From IMG/VR virus record IMGVR_UViG_3300043409_000928, positions 221,305 through 285,304 of that record: a stretch of DNA of 64,000 nt, one strand, 5' to 3'. The notes under the pieces are model-generated. The model made no database searches, was not told where the DNA came from, and worked only from the letters and a program-made list of their open reading frames with translations. Numbering within the stretch: the stretch's first letter is position 1; every line of letters begins with the position of its first letter. Of this stretch, positions 44,900-54,577 are shown one piece after another. The position numbers were made by a program, and so were the translations under genes.

Positions 44900-45071
44900 C
44901 TTGATTCACTTTAAATGATTCCTTGTATCCAAGTTCCCACATGGCATTTCTGATAGCATCCATATGTCCTAACATTTGGTTCATAACTTCATGGCTGGCA
45001 CCGCCATTATAAGCGGCATTGTATTTTTTAGTAATCATACGCTGTCGCTCCATAAGTTCATCAAATGTCAT
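44868..45071 (-). CDS. Hypothetical protein
   Basis: Start MTFDELM; TTGACA-17-TATTCT at 45084-45112. Confidence 0.55.
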   Translation of the reverse strand: MTFDELMERQRMITKKYNAAYNGGASHEVMNQMLGHMDAIRNAMWELGYKESFKVNQDGDQFKDSIV

Positions 45072-45108
45072 TGTCAAGTAGTTAGAATACACGATTTTCT
45101 CTCTATTG

Positions 45109-45438
45109 TCAACCAGGACTAAAACTACTTCCACAACCACATGTTGATTGAGCCTGTGGATTGGTGATTACAAAGCTGGCACCCATTTCATTTTCCTTAT
45201 AATCAATTGAAGCACCTTGGAGATATTGCATACTCATAGCATCAACTAAAATAACATGACCACCATCTAGCGGAATCTGAAAGTCATCTTCATTAATTTC
45301 TTCGTCAAATGTAAACCCATAACTCATTCCAGAGCATCCGCCGCCCTGTACAAAGGTCCTTAGATTAAGTTTGGGATTGTTTTCCTCTGCCAATAAATCG
45401 GCAACTTTTACTTTGCATTCTACTGTTAATTCTATCAT
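45109..45438 (-). CDS. erpA: A-type Fe-S carrier (ErpA/IscA)
   Basis: [31 protein letters not shown]. Confidence 0.9.
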   Translation of the reverse strand: MIELTVECKVKVADLLAEENNPKLNLRTFVQGGGCSGMSYGFTFDEEINEDDFQIPLDGGHVILVDAMSMQYLQGASIDYKENEMGASFVITNPQAQSTCGCGSSFSPG

Positions 45439-45439
45439 A

Positions 45440-45670
45440 TTATGACCTCAAAATAATTTCTATTAGCTCTTCCTTCTTCTTGCGGGAATTGATTGCAATG
45501 CTGTTGGCATGTGCAAATGCTATTACCTCTTTCTTAGTTAGCTGATTTAATGCATTATAATCATATCTTGGACTGACAATCAAGGGTTCGCTGACCAAAG
45601 ATGCATTTTCATCCACTTGCTTGCCTAAAAATGATTTAATTGTACTCATTGCTGACATTTTCTCCGACAT
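45440..45670 (-). CDS. Small protein with Rho-N/HeH-like C-terminus
   Basis: [28 protein letters not shown]; start uncertain. Confidence 0.45.
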   Translation of the reverse strand: MSEKMSAMSTIKSFLGKQVDENASLVSEPLIVSPRYDYNALNQLTKKEVIAFAHANSIAINSRKKKEELIEIILRS

Positions 45671-45926
45671 GTATTTTTGCAAATAATGCATCTTCCTTGT
45701 CCTCAAATAATAAAAAAGCCCGTTCTTGACCAATCATTCCAAATCCCCAACCACACCAATAATTTGATATCTCTGACATTTTACTCAATACGTCATGTGG
45801 AATACCTTGTACCGCTTCCAACTGTCCATCTTCCCTTAGCACCGGAATGGCCCAAAACTGTTTAGGTTTTTCGTCCTGACTATGACTGTAAACTTGATGA
45901 AGATCGGAATGTGTTAATAAACGCAT
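45636..45926 (-). CDS. Hypothetical protein
   Basis: 96-aa ORF. Confidence 0.55.
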   Translation of the reverse strand: MRLLTHSDLHQVYSHSQDEKPKQFWAIPVLREDGQLEAVQGIPHDVLSKMSEISNYWCGWGFGMIGQERAFLLFEDKEDALFAKIHVGENVSNEYN

Positions 45927-45941
45927 GTTAATGGCTTGCTC

Positions 45942-47078
45942 TCAAACAAGTGCTTTTAGCCTATCAATAAAACTTAGATAGTATGGTGGTAAGGACTGCA
46001 CCTTGGCCAGTTGATTGTATTTTGTGATCCAATCTAACAAATTTTGAATCCTAATTTTGTCTGGTGGGTGAGACGTTGTAATTTGCGGCTTGATAAATTC
46101 TTCAAATTTGATGAAATAAGTTTTCCAGTGATGATCAAGTGAACTTGGCCAATTTGGTAGGAACTGATGTATGCTGTTACCAAAATTTGCAACACTGAAC
46201 ATCTGGGGTTGATTGACCATGTTAATTTTTAGTTTTACTTTAGCCAATAATCCTTCTTGATCCAACCAATGCAATATATTGATATGGTTTTCTATGTTCA
46301 ACATGCTTATACTGATAGATATAGTTACATCGGCATTTTTTGCAACCATTGCTTTTAGATTAGAACCAAATCTTTCAAAATTCAATCCGCCTCGAATAAA
46401 TTCACCTTCTTCACCAATGGCATCTAAACTGAATATTAAATTTATTACAAGCGGCGTATTAGCCTTAAGTCTGTCAATGTTTGATTCAAATTTGGTCTTG
46501 AAGTTACCTGAATAATTGCCATTGGTTATTACGCGGAGAGTAATTGCATTTGTCAATCCAATTGTTAGCATTGAATCAACAATTTTATTGAATGCTGGAT
46601 CAACACTAGGTTCGCCGCCATGTAGGTTGATATGATGTAGTGTATTTTGATGTTGTAAGATGAACGCCGAAAGTTTCCCCCAACTCACATCAAATAAATC
46701 TTCCTTGAAGGGATACTTGTTTGTCATTGATTGCCATACCGTACTTGAATATTCGCTACAAATGATGCAATGCATATTGCAGGTATCACCAAAGTCAATA
46801 TCAACTATGCCAGGTGGCTTTGGTTTTGTACGTAACATTTCAATAGTTGTTACACCCCCGTCAGTTAAGCGAAATGAAGTGCCGCCCATGGCTTCTTCTC
46901 TCCAACAAGAGCTACATGCTAGATGTTTTTTATTTTCTAGGAACGATTTCTTTACATCTTCAACTCGAACAATATTTGTTTCATATTTATTATATGTTGT
47001 TTTGCAACAGAACTTCCAGTCGTCAGTCCTAAGTCTAACAAATGTTTCTTCCCACGGATATAAACATGAATGATCCAT
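45942..47078 (-). CDS. Radical SAM protein with N-terminal twitch/SPASM-like cysteines
   Basis: CNMHCIIC (CxxxCxxC), GGEPS, TNG; extra C..P W, CC, CSSCW. Confidence 0.85.
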   Translation of the reverse strand: MDHSCLYPWEETFVRLRTDDWKFCCKTTYNKYETNIVRVEDVKKSFLENKKHLACSSCWREEAMGGTSFRLTDGGVTTIEMLRTKPKPPGIVDIDFGDTCNMHCIICSEYSSTVWQSMTNKYPFKEDLFDVSWGKLSAFILQHQNTLHHINLHGGEPSVDPAFNKIVDSMLTIGLTNAITLRVITNGNYSGNFKTKFESNIDRLKANTPLVINLIFSLDAIGEEGEFIRGGLNFERFGSNLKAMVAKNADVTISISISMLNIENHINILHWLDQEGLLAKVKLKINMVNQPQMFSVANFGNSIHQFLPNWPSSLDHHWKTYFIKFEEFIKPQITTSHPPDKIRIQNLLDWITKYNQLAKVQSLPPYYLSFIDRLKALV

Positions 47079-47079
47079 T

Positions 47080-47922
47080 TTAGTTTACTTGTATGCCGGC
47101 CAATAACCAACCACCAGAGGATTTTGACTTGGTCATGTTCCAAACTTCTTCGAATGCCTCAGCTTCTGCCCCCACGGTGTCTTGTATTGTGCCTGTAAAT
47201 TCCACACTGGCTATGTAATTGACATCAGTTTCTTCTATGCCCAACATTTTCACTGTCAATGATATCACCGCTGTTCTATATACCTGGGTAGCATCGCGAG
47301 ATGCAATTTGTTGTTGGATCTCCGTCAACATGGTATCTGTCATCATACTGCCTAGGGTGGTGATATCTGCCCGGTCCCATGCGCCTTGTAACAACACGAA
47401 GTTTTGTTTGGCGGCAGATTCGAAACCTGCTACATCAAACCCTGCAGGAATGGTCCAAGTGGGGGCCAGCGCAGATCCAATCATTGAACCACCTGAGAAC
47501 CGTGTGGGTTGATCAATTACAGCATTGGTGCCAGCGCCTTGATAAGCAAGGTCAGGTGAACTGGCCATCATACGCCGACGCATGAACCAACCTATTGCTC
47601 CTAACACCACAGCACCAATCAACAGCGCCATCATAATATTGCCAAATGCCTCACCCATGCCCAGACTGCTGGCTAACCAAGCCAGACCCAAGCCTGCCGC
47701 CAGTCCACCCAACATTGCACCCCATGGACGACTAGGTGTTGGTGCAGGTGCCGCGGTTGGTGGTGTAGCTTGTGCCGGAGGTGCGGCCTGTTTTTTAGTC
47801 ACATTAGAACTTTGTTGGCCCACGCTTTTGCCGCCGCCCATGCGTTTATTACCGGCTTCGGCAATCACACTGGCAAACCCCACGATGCTTATTAATAAAA
47901 TTGCAATAAACTTTTTCATATT
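47080..47922 (-). CDS. Tim44-like domain protein with signal peptide
   Basis: KRMGGGKSVG, GGLAAGLGL, FVLLQGAWD, EEVWNM..WLLAGIQ. Confidence 0.85.
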   Translation of the reverse strand, partial: NMKKFIAILLISIVGFASVIAEAGNKRMGGGKSVGQQSSNVTKKQAAPPAQATPPTAAPAPTPSRPWGAMLGGLAAGLGLAWLASSLGMGEAFGNIMMALLIGAVVLGAIGWFMRRRMMASSPDLAYQGAGTNAVIDQPTRFSGGSMIGSALAPTWTIPAGFDVAGFESAAKQNFVLLQGAWDRADITTLGSMMTDTMLTEIQQQIASRDATQVYRTAVISLTVKMLGIEETDVNYIASVEFTGTIQDTVGAEAEAFEEVWNMTKSKSSGGWLLAGIQVN

Positions 47923-48568
47923 ATCTCCTTGATGCAAGTACTATCTTGCAAATATGCTCCAATCGCTCTATGTGTTCATAGGCTCTCCATGGACTTGTGT
48001 CAATGGCAACTACTCCATGTCCCTTTATGCCCACAATATCAAAAGCAATATTGCCAGCCGTATCCAATTGCAACTGCCGATGACATTGATCCGCAAGCTC
48101 TTGACTAATAGGAGGCACATCGCCTACATTGGGTGCTACCCGAGTATATCTATTTAATTCTGGAAAGTCTGCACTCACTGTGCTTAGATCAATGCCGGCG
48201 TGCATGGCCGCAATACAGTAAGTGGGGTGAACATGTACAACCACACGAACCTCTCCGGTGTGTTGTCCCATTTCTTTTTGCAATCCAAAATGCAATGGCA
48301 GTTCTCCACTGGGCTTGAGGTTGGCACTGATATCAGTATATGTCAACTCAGTGCTGGCATGATACAGCCTAGGAGGTTGATCATAATAACCTTTCTCAAT
48401 GCCAATCTTCTTAAACTGATCTGGCTGTAGAGTTTGTTTACGAACACCACTTGGAGTGATATAGAAGTGATCACGGTCGTGATGTCGTATGCTAACATTG
48501 CCATCACGACTGGTAATCCAATTACGCTTATAAGCGTCTTCTAATACTTCACAAATGGTTTCTAACAT
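47921..48568 (-). CDS. Class II aldolase/adducin family protein
   Basis: RDGNVS, ITPSG, PSGELPLH, HVHP, GHGVVA. Confidence 0.88.
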   Translation of the reverse strand: MLETICEVLEDAYKRNWITSRDGNVSIRHHDRDHFYITPSGVRKQTLQPDQFKKIGIEKGYYDQPPRLYHASTELTYTDISANLKPSGELPLHFGLQKEMGQHTGEVRVVVHVHPTYCIAAMHAGIDLSTVSADFPELNRYTRVAPNVGDVPPISQELADQCHRQLQLDTAGNIAFDIVGIKGHGVVAIDTSPWRAYEHIERLEHICKIVLASRR

Positions 48569-49077
48569 TATGCAAACAAGTCCTCATTCCATTCACGGTG
48601 TCCTTCACGGAACGCCATGTTACTTTGTGTTTCACGAACTTCTACACGATAGCACCAAAGTCGTTGTGCTTCACCGTGCCCTAGGTAATCTGGAATATAC
48701 ACACCGTTGACATACTTGTAAAGCTGATCTGCTAATCCTTCACAACCCAGTTTGGGCAGGATTGTCAGTTTGGCCAACTTGCGCTGTTCCATCTCTTTGT
48801 AAAAGGCCAGTTCAGGATCGTCCTCTGCTACCAGTAGGGTGTGATCAAATTGGCTTTCCAATACACCTTTGAGTTCTTTGAGGCCACCATAATCGGCCGC
48901 CCAGTTGCGAGCATCCAGATAGTCGGTACCAAAGTAAAACTTCATACTAAAACTGTATCCATGAATTAAATTACAGTGACTATCGGCCCTCCACTGTCTG
49001 TACGCACATGGAAATGCGTCATGATACTCTTTGGTGCTGGTGTACTTGTATTGTACGGGTTGTAATAAATTTGCCAT
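48568..49077 (-). CDS. queD: QueD/6-pyruvoyltetrahydropterin synthase family protein
   Basis: CNLIHGYS, FDHTLLV, GCEGLA, VEVRET; SD AAGGAG supports start at 49077. Confidence 0.8.
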   Translation of the reverse strand: MANLLQPVQYKYTSTKEYHDAFPCAYRQWRADSHCNLIHGYSFSMKFYFGTDYLDARNWAADYGGLKELKGVLESQFDHTLLVAEDDPELAFYKEMEQRKLAKLTILPKLGCEGLADQLYKYVNGVYIPDYLGHGEAQRLWCYRVEVRETQSNMAFREGHREWNEDLFA

Positions 49078-49150
49078 TGTTATCTCCTTTAGATTTAGCA
49101 ATGACATGCAGAATATTTAAAGAGGGATGAATGCCGAAAAGTCCTCTAAC
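49078..49150 (-). promoter_or_regulatory. Pseudoknot-like 5' leader (candidate riboswitch) of queD-like gene
   Basis: P1 AGAGG/CCTCT; loop GGCAT pairs with downstream ATGTC near SD. Confidence 0.35.
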
Positions 49151-49166
49151 TATACTTATCAAAGCG

Positions 49167-49877
49167 TTAGCGTGTCTTTAACTCTTTAATACCTAGTTTG
49201 GAAAAGGATCGTTGTACTCCAATGAGTTGACTCCAACAATCCCATAATGCATGGTGTGCCGCACCTTGTGGTCTCTCTAGTCCAGGCACCAATGCATATA
49301 GTGTACGAGCGTCACGGGCTTGCCAGTAACTCCAGGCCACTCCTCGCTTGAGTTCACGACTAAAGTGCTCAAGTATGTTCAAGTCAAAGCCTGTACCGTT
49401 GGCCCAGATAGCATCAACGCCGCCACACCACTTGTGAAAGTCTCGTAGCACATCGCGAATATCATGCCTGTCATCTTCTGCAAATGCTTCAGCACGAACT
49501 TCTTCACTCTGATTGCCCCACCAAGCAAGGGTGTCGTCGTCAATGATATGATCAAGCCCTTCAAAACTTTCAAAACTGACACGTCGATAAAATGTGTCCA
49601 TCTTTTCCATTGGGTTGTTGACATCATCTGCCCATGGATTAAAACGAATAGCGCCAATAGTAAGCATTAGGCTATTTGGTTTAGTGCCAAGTGTTTCAAG
49701 GTCAACCATAATATGGTTGCCAGGTTTACCAAAATTAAAAGTCGTTGCCATCGGTAACATCCTTTTTCTTTGAAAGAGCCCAACTTCCATTACCGTTATC
49801 GTGCCACTCAAGAGTGTCGCCTTCTTTCCAACCAGTTTGTGCCAATAGATCATCGGGAAACTGTAGAATGCATTCAC
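49167..49877 (-). CDS. DEDDh 3'-5' exonuclease
   Basis: MVDLETLG, WANGTGFD, HHALWDC; true start probably downstream of the track start. Confidence 0.8.
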   Translation of the reverse strand: MNAFYSFPMIYWHKLVGKKATLLSGTITVMEVGLFQRKRMLPMATTFNFGKPGNHIMVDLETLGTKPNSLMLTIGAIRFNPWADDVNNPMEKMDTFYRRVSFESFEGLDHIIDDDTLAWWGNQSEEVRAEAFAEDDRHDIRDVLRDFHKWCGGVDAIWANGTGFDLNILEHFSRELKRGVAWSYWQARDARTLYALVPGLERPQGAAHHALWDCWSQLIGVQRSFSKLGIKELKTR

Positions 49878-49920
49878 CTGTTGCAGGATCTTCTTCGACT
49901 GTGAGCGTCCAAGCTGTCAT
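49735..49920 (-). CDS. AbrB/SpoVT-like small protein
   Basis: LQFPDDLLAQTGWKEGDTLEW. Confidence 0.6.
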   Translation of the reverse strand: MTAWTLTVEEDPATGECILQFPDDLLAQTGWKEGDTLEWHDNGNGSWALSKKKDVTDGNDF

Positions 49921-50159
49921 TGTACTAATCCTAATAATTGTGCGGAAAGAGATTTAACATCGTTGTCAGACAAGAAGAAGTTATAGGTACTTGTATCTGT
50001 TACTGCGCCGTCTGCCCGCAATGACTCATTGATAAACTCAATTGAGTTGATATCTTTGGGAGCCAATGGCTTCCAGCTTCGAATACGCAAGCGGTAACCA
50101 GTATCTTCTTTTGCAACAAATTCTTTAACTTCAAGGTCAGGGTGTAAAGTGTTAATCAT
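49917..50159 (-). CDS. Hypothetical protein
   Basis: Coupled ORF. Confidence 0.55.
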   Translation of the reverse strand: MINTLHPDLEVKEFVAKEDTGYRLRIRSWKPLAPKDINSIEFINESLRADGAVTDTSTYNFFLSDNDVKSLSAQLLGLVQ

Positions 50160-50377
50160 TTTATTTTGTGTCCGTTAAAATCTTTAGTTGAAAGTCGGTC
50201 TGGTGCTTTTTGTGCTAGTCGTTCAAAGTCAGAGGCACTTGGATAATGTCGCATGATCCAACGTGCCCGTTCTCGTATATTACCAGGTACTCTGGGTGTT
50301 ACCTGCGGTATTAAAAGGTCTTCGATAAGACGCATGCCTTCGACCAGGGCACGGTATCTCTCATCAGGCATTGTCAT
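50156..50377 (-). CDS. BPSL0761-like small protein
   Basis: MTMPDERYRAL..IRERARWIMRHYP. Confidence 0.6.
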   Translation of the reverse strand: MTMPDERYRALVEGMRLIEDLLIPQVTPRVPGNIRERARWIMRHYPSASDFERLAQKAPDRLSTKDFNGHKIK

Positions 50378-50431
50378 AATTTTGTTCCATATTCAAATTT
50401 TAACATCTCTTAGAAGTAAATGCAACCACCA

Positions 50432-51265
50432 TTATGTCCAAAGTGATTGACGAATCTTAATAAGACGGATCATCATTGCTTCATCTTCTTTTTCGTACGC
50501 GGCTTCTATTTTTTGCAACAGCTTGTGAGCCTTGTCACTCTGCTTTTTCATTTCGGGTGTCTTGTCAGCACTGAAACTTAGTTTACCACCATTGGCTATT
50601 CTGCTGGCTTCACAATACTCAGTCCAACCGCTGGCATCGTATGCATCTGGGCGAGCACGATAGGTAACAGTCCACCATGTGTAAAGTTCTTTCATTTCCT
50701 TGGCGGCCAATGCTTGACTAGTTGGTACTGCTTCACCTTTTTTATCTTCTTCTAACCACTCTTCGTTGGTCAGAGTCATTGCCCAGTCAAGATGATCCAG
50801 TCCGGCTTGTGGACAGCGCCACACACGCCAGCGCCACCAACCCGAAGCCCAGAATGGAGGATTGTACTTGGCACGGTCTTCTTTCTCGCCCCAGGCAATG
50901 TGGCTCCATGCTGTTTCTATCTCAACAAAATCCACCAGTTCATTGAATAGGCAAGGCAAAAAGCGGTTGCCTACATCCTGCCACTGGCCTGGCTTGATGT
51001 CCTGGGCATGGGCAGTAAGACTATGAGTGCGAGTAACCCAGCGGTTGTTGATGTAGTACTTGACAGAATGAATTTGATCAGGAATAAAATAAACAGCTTT
51101 TTGTAAGTAATCTAATCCTTCTTCGGCCAACCAGTAGCGGAAGTTGTGTTTCATTTGAGCGCGAGTGGTCCACTCATCCCATTCTTCACTGGTGCCAGCA
51201 CCAAGCTTGGCAGTTCCTCGAATCCAATCAGCAAATTTGCTACATGTCCAATAGTGACTTCTCAT
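50432..51265 (-). CDS. Conserved hypothetical phage protein (Trp-rich)
   Basis: 277-aa ORF. Confidence 0.7.
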   Translation of the reverse strand: MRSHYWTCSKFADWIRGTAKLGAGTSEEWDEWTTRAQMKHNFRYWLAEEGLDYLQKAVYFIPDQIHSVKYYINNRWVTRTHSLTAHAQDIKPGQWQDVGNRFLPCLFNELVDFVEIETAWSHIAWGEKEDRAKYNPPFWASGWWRWRVWRCPQAGLDHLDWAMTLTNEEWLEEDKKGEAVPTSQALAAKEMKELYTWWTVTYRARPDAYDASGWTEYCEASRIANGGKLSFSADKTPEMKKQSDKAHKLLQKIEAAYEKEDEAMMIRLIKIRQSLWT

Positions 51266-51408
51266 TCTTCAACTCCGGTTAATGGTGTGTGGGGCCTGTT
51301 AATACAGTACTCGCACGTTGGATCATCACACTTGTCTTCCGTCCATTCATTGGTTTTTTCATTATAATAAGCATCATATTTTTCAGAGTATACAATATCT
51401 TTGTTCAT
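51262..51408 (-). CDS. 48-aa Cys-containing protein
   Basis: Hand translation YSEKYDAYY..CDDPTCEYCINRP; coupled both sides. Confidence 0.55.
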   Translation of the reverse strand: MNKDIVYSEKYDAYYNEKTNEWTEDKCDDPTCEYCINRPHTPLTGVEE

Positions 51409-51938
51409 TATTCTACTTGGTTTACAATTACACCAGCCTGCTTTAGGAAATCAGTTCCTGTTGTATTTCTATAGTTATCACGATAAAATACCTGTTTGAT
51501 GCCGCTTTGGAATACCAATTTGGCACACTCAATACACGGAGCATGAGTAATAAAAATTACAGCACCTTCTGAACTTTCTGGACTACGGGCCACCTTGGCA
51601 ATGGCATTGGCTTCTGCGTGAAGTACTTCAGGTTTGGTTTTAAGACAATAACGCCTTGTTATTTCAAAACTTTCATTGTCATTGGCAACAACAGCAATTT
51701 CCGTGAAGGGCCAGCGGTTATAAATCTCATTGGGGTCAAGCCATCCACCTGTATCAACACTCATATAATCTTTGTCTTCGCAATTGTTATCCCAGCCACT
51801 GGGCATACCATTGTAGCCAATACTGATGATTCTATCATCTTTTACAATAAGGGCACCAACTTGAAGTCGTCGGGCTGTACTTAATTTGGCATAGGTTTCT
51901 GCAACCTGCATGTGTGCCTTAATATACTTTGGTTTCAT
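51408..51938 (-). CDS. dCMP deaminase family protein
   Basis: IISIGYNG, HAEANAI, HAPCIECAK. Confidence 0.9.
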   Translation of the reverse strand: MKPKYIKAHMQVAETYAKLSTARRLQVGALIVKDDRIISIGYNGMPSGWDNNCEDKDYMSVDTGGWLDPNEIYNRWPFTEIAVVANDNESFEITRRYCLKTKPEVLHAEANAIAKVARSPESSEGAVIFITHAPCIECAKLVFQSGIKQVFYRDNYRNTTGTDFLKQAGVIVNQVE

Positions 51939-51944
51939 GATATA

Positions 51945-51973
51945 AGTATAACACACTGATTAGCAGGTGTCAA
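51945..51973 (-). promoter_or_regulatory. sigma70 promoter abutting ATG (leaderless)
   Basis: TTGACA-17-TATACT-6nt-ATG. Confidence 0.8.
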
Positions 51974-51980
51974 TGGAAAT

Positions 51981-52580
51981 ATGGAAATTATGATAATTTA
52001 TATTCACGGTGCAAGTGCCACTGGGGAAAGTTTTACCCACATTAGAGAGCATGTTGGTGGTGCTGATAAGGTCCTGGAATATTCCAGTGCCAACGGATTT
52101 TATAATAACCTGGAAACAATGAAAGAAGAAATAGAGTCTGTGGATCGGTTATTTTTTGTGGCTCATAGTTTAGGTGGCATCTATGCCTTGCATCTGGCAG
52201 AACATTATCGAAATCGAGTGCAGGGTGGTGTAACACTTAGTACTCCATATGGTGGTTGTGTCCAGGCCGACTATGCTCAATACTTCTTGCCATTCAGTAG
52301 GCTAATGCGTGATGTTGGTACAATGAGTAAACCAATGACTGACTCAACAAAAATACCGGCACCGCGGAACTGGACCAATATTGTTACCACAGTTGGTGAC
52401 AGTCCCTGGATACACGAACCAAACGATGGTGTGGTTACAATTGAAAGTATGCGTTCAAAAACAGATATGGAACTGATTGAAATTAAATTGAACCATTACG
52501 AAGTTGTTATTAGTAATCGCGTGGTTGAACTTATCAAGGAACGAACTAAACAATTATCGCCTTTTCCTTCGCGTATTTAA
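51981..52580 (+). CDS. Alpha/beta hydrolase
   Basis: IHG, AHSLGG nucleophile elbow, NDGVV, NHYEV. Confidence 0.85.
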   Translation: MEIMIIYIHGASATGESFTHIREHVGGADKVLEYSSANGFYNNLETMKEEIESVDRLFFVAHSLGGIYALHLAEHYRNRVQGGVTLSTPYGGCVQADYAQYFLPFSRLMRDVGTMSKPMTDSTKIPAPRNWTNIVTTVGDSPWIHEPNDGVVTIESMRSKTDMELIEIKLNHYEVVISNRVVELIKERTKQLSPFPSRI

Positions 52581-52875
52581 AAAGGTTGGTTCCCCGATCT
52601 CTAACCGAGTCAGCAACCACTTGTGGCGAGGCCTCCCACATCTTCCTCATTTCTTCATACTCATAATCTTCAGCAGTATCATAGGCCCATACTTCTGGAA
52701 AGCGTTGGTGGTTGGCCTGAGCTCGCAGTACCATCAGGCTGACACGCTGACCAACTCGGTCCTTTGGCTTTTTACCCGACAGCACAGTCAACATATCTTC
52801 TCCCTTGAGGTCATCCCAAGGTAATAGTGTGTCAACGCCCAATGTATCAAATAAGACTACCCATTGCTTGGCCAT
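52546..52875 (-). CDS. Hypothetical protein
   Basis: 109-aa ORF. Confidence 0.6.
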   Translation of the reverse strand: MAKQWVVLFDTLGVDTLLPWDDLKGEDMLTVLSGKKPKDRVGQRVSLMVLRAQANHQRFPEVWAYDTAEDYEYEEMRKMWEASPQVVADSVRDRGTNLFKYAKEKAIIV

Positions 52876-53073
52876 TTAAAAATCTCCCGAATCGATACCT
52901 TTAAGAACTCGAATCGCCCGTTCTAGATTTTCTAAGTTGCATTCCACTGGACGTAGTAAAGTGTTTCCGGTTAACTCGTTGTATACTGCAAAACCAAACT
53001 TATCCTTTTCCATTTCAACACACAAAAATTGCTTATCTTCGTGATTTAAAATTTTAAAAACAGTAAACATCAT
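52876..53073 (-). CDS. Hypothetical protein
   Basis: Coupled ORF. Confidence 0.5.
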   Translation of the reverse strand: MMFTVFKILNHEDKQFLCVEMEKDKFGFAVYNELTGNTLLRPVECNLENLERAIRVLKGIDSGDF

Positions 53074-53372
53074 TTTGACTTCTCCTCATCATTGGGTTCA
53101 ACAATAATTCCTCTTCGATCAGGAAAGCGCAAACCAAACTGCACATTTAAATCATCTATATTTTTGCCCTGACAAATAAATTCTTCATTTGTTGCATTGT
53201 AAGCATACATTACATCTGCGTGAGTTTCAATACGCATGAATACAATTTTTTGCATTACTCCGGTTATTTCTTTATGGATGTTGTTTACTTCTCGTTGAAT
53301 TTTACGAGACCATAGCCAGGCCACAAAAAGAAATATTGCTAACAGCCACCATATAAAAGGGTAATCTTCCAT
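53070..53372 (-). CDS. Membrane-anchored hypothetical protein
   Basis: N-terminal TM helix. Confidence 0.55.
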   Translation of the reverse strand: MEDYPFIWWLLAIFLFVAWLWSRKIQREVNNIHKEITGVMQKIVFMRIETHADVMYAYNATNEEFICQGKNIDDLNVQFGLRFPDRRGIIVEPNDEEKSK

Positions 53373-53373
53373 A

Positions 53374-53691
53374 TTACTCTCTAATCAATGGTACTACACT
53401 GATAACATTTTCAACACGGAAGCTTCGCCACTCGTGCTTGTCTGTACAAAACACACTCATAACAGTGGGATTGAATTTTTTGACTTTGGGAAAGACAACG
53501 GGACTATCTGTATTGGTAAAGTGAGGAGCAGGGACAGGATCAGGTATGAATTCTGCCTTGAGTGTGCAAGGCATAGTGCGTAAAGTACCGTCAACCTTGG
53601 TGAAGGTAACTTCTGCTATACCCTTGCTCAGCGCCTCGGTCAGTACATCTCTGCGTTGCTGTAAACTTTCTTTGTCAAATTCAATCATCAT
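53374..53691 (-). CDS. SH3-fold / WYL_2-like phage protein
   Basis: VTFTKVDGTLRTMPCTL..WRSFRVENV. Confidence 0.7.
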   Translation of the reverse strand: MMIEFDKESLQQRRDVLTEALSKGIAEVTFTKVDGTLRTMPCTLKAEFIPDPVPAPHFTNTDSPVVFPKVKKFNPTVMSVFCTDKHEWRSFRVENVISVVPLIRE

Positions 53692-54008
53692 TGTTCCTTT
53701 ATAATGTTATACAATACATCAAACTCTCGTTTAGCTTCTGCAAGATTTGGATAGTTCTTACACAGTTCAGCAACCTGTTGCTCCTCGGCTTTTTTGATTT
53801 CAAACCAAGCCACCATCTCTTTCAATTTAGATCCAACTGTAATATTGGCCGAGCTTTGTGGTACAGCCTGAGCATTGCCACTGATGTCAACAATTTTATG
53901 TTGCCTAACGCTTGCGTCCCAATAAAGTGCTCCACTGGTGTAGGCACCATTGTTGTAATAAGATACCGCAATGATATCTGGATCTGAACTTACAATATTA
54001 TCAATCAT
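53688..54008 (-). CDS. Hypothetical protein
   Basis: Coupled ORF. Confidence 0.55.
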   Translation of the reverse strand: MIDNIVSSDPDIIAVSYYNNGAYTSGALYWDASVRQHKIVDISGNAQAVPQSSANITVGSKLKEMVAWFEIKKAEEQQVAELCKNYPNLAEAKREFDVLYNIIKEQ

Positions 54009-54571
54009 GATTTAAAATAGTCAAAGTGGTCAGCCAGTGACCACACAGTAGGATCAATTGCTTGGCCATCATGCGTGGCAATTGCATCTGTAAAAATATT
54101 GTAGCGTTCAAAGAATATCCATAAGTTTGATGTTGAGCTGACTCTACCACTCTTGTTCAATGCTAGATCTTGTTTCTTAGAAACAAAACAAGTGGGCATA
54201 TTAATTGCCTGTTCTGCTGTCAATATGCCTTGTAACAACAGGTCCCGAGTCTTGCTGGCAGGTACCACATGCTCAAAGATCCTGGCCTTTGAACTGGCGC
54301 TTTCCTTTGTAGCATAATGGCTACCAATGCTACCACGAATTGCATAACCGTGATACCTGCGTAACCAGTGATCAATTGCATCGCGGATTAAACGCAATCG
54401 TTGAGCACCGGTAGTTGTCCGATACAAATCGACCAGTCGGTCCAATTCAATTACAGTAATCTCAATGGACTCTGTGTAACTGTCTGGACCGCGCCGAACT
54501 TTTGTATAAGGCGCGGCAACATAATTAGCAATGTTTTCTTTTAACATAACCTGAAGGTCAGTTACACACAA
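54005..54571 (-). CDS. Hypothetical protein (possible His-nuclease-like)
   Basis: IFEHVVP motif; 188 aa. Confidence 0.5.
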   Translation of the reverse strand: MCVTDLQVMLKENIANYVAAPYTKVRRGPDSYTESIEITVIELDRLVDLYRTTTGAQRLRLIRDAIDHWLRRYHGYAIRGSIGSHYATKESASSKARIFEHVVPASKTRDLLLQGILTAEQAINMPTCFVSKKQDLALNKSGRVSSTSNLWIFFERYNIFTDAIATHDGQAIDPTVWSLADHFDYFKS

Positions 54572-54577
54572 GCGGCA

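Noticed and set aside
49735-50377. Toxin-antitoxin pair around the AbrB-like gene
   Set aside because: No adjacent PIN, MazF or RelE-like toxin motif recognised.
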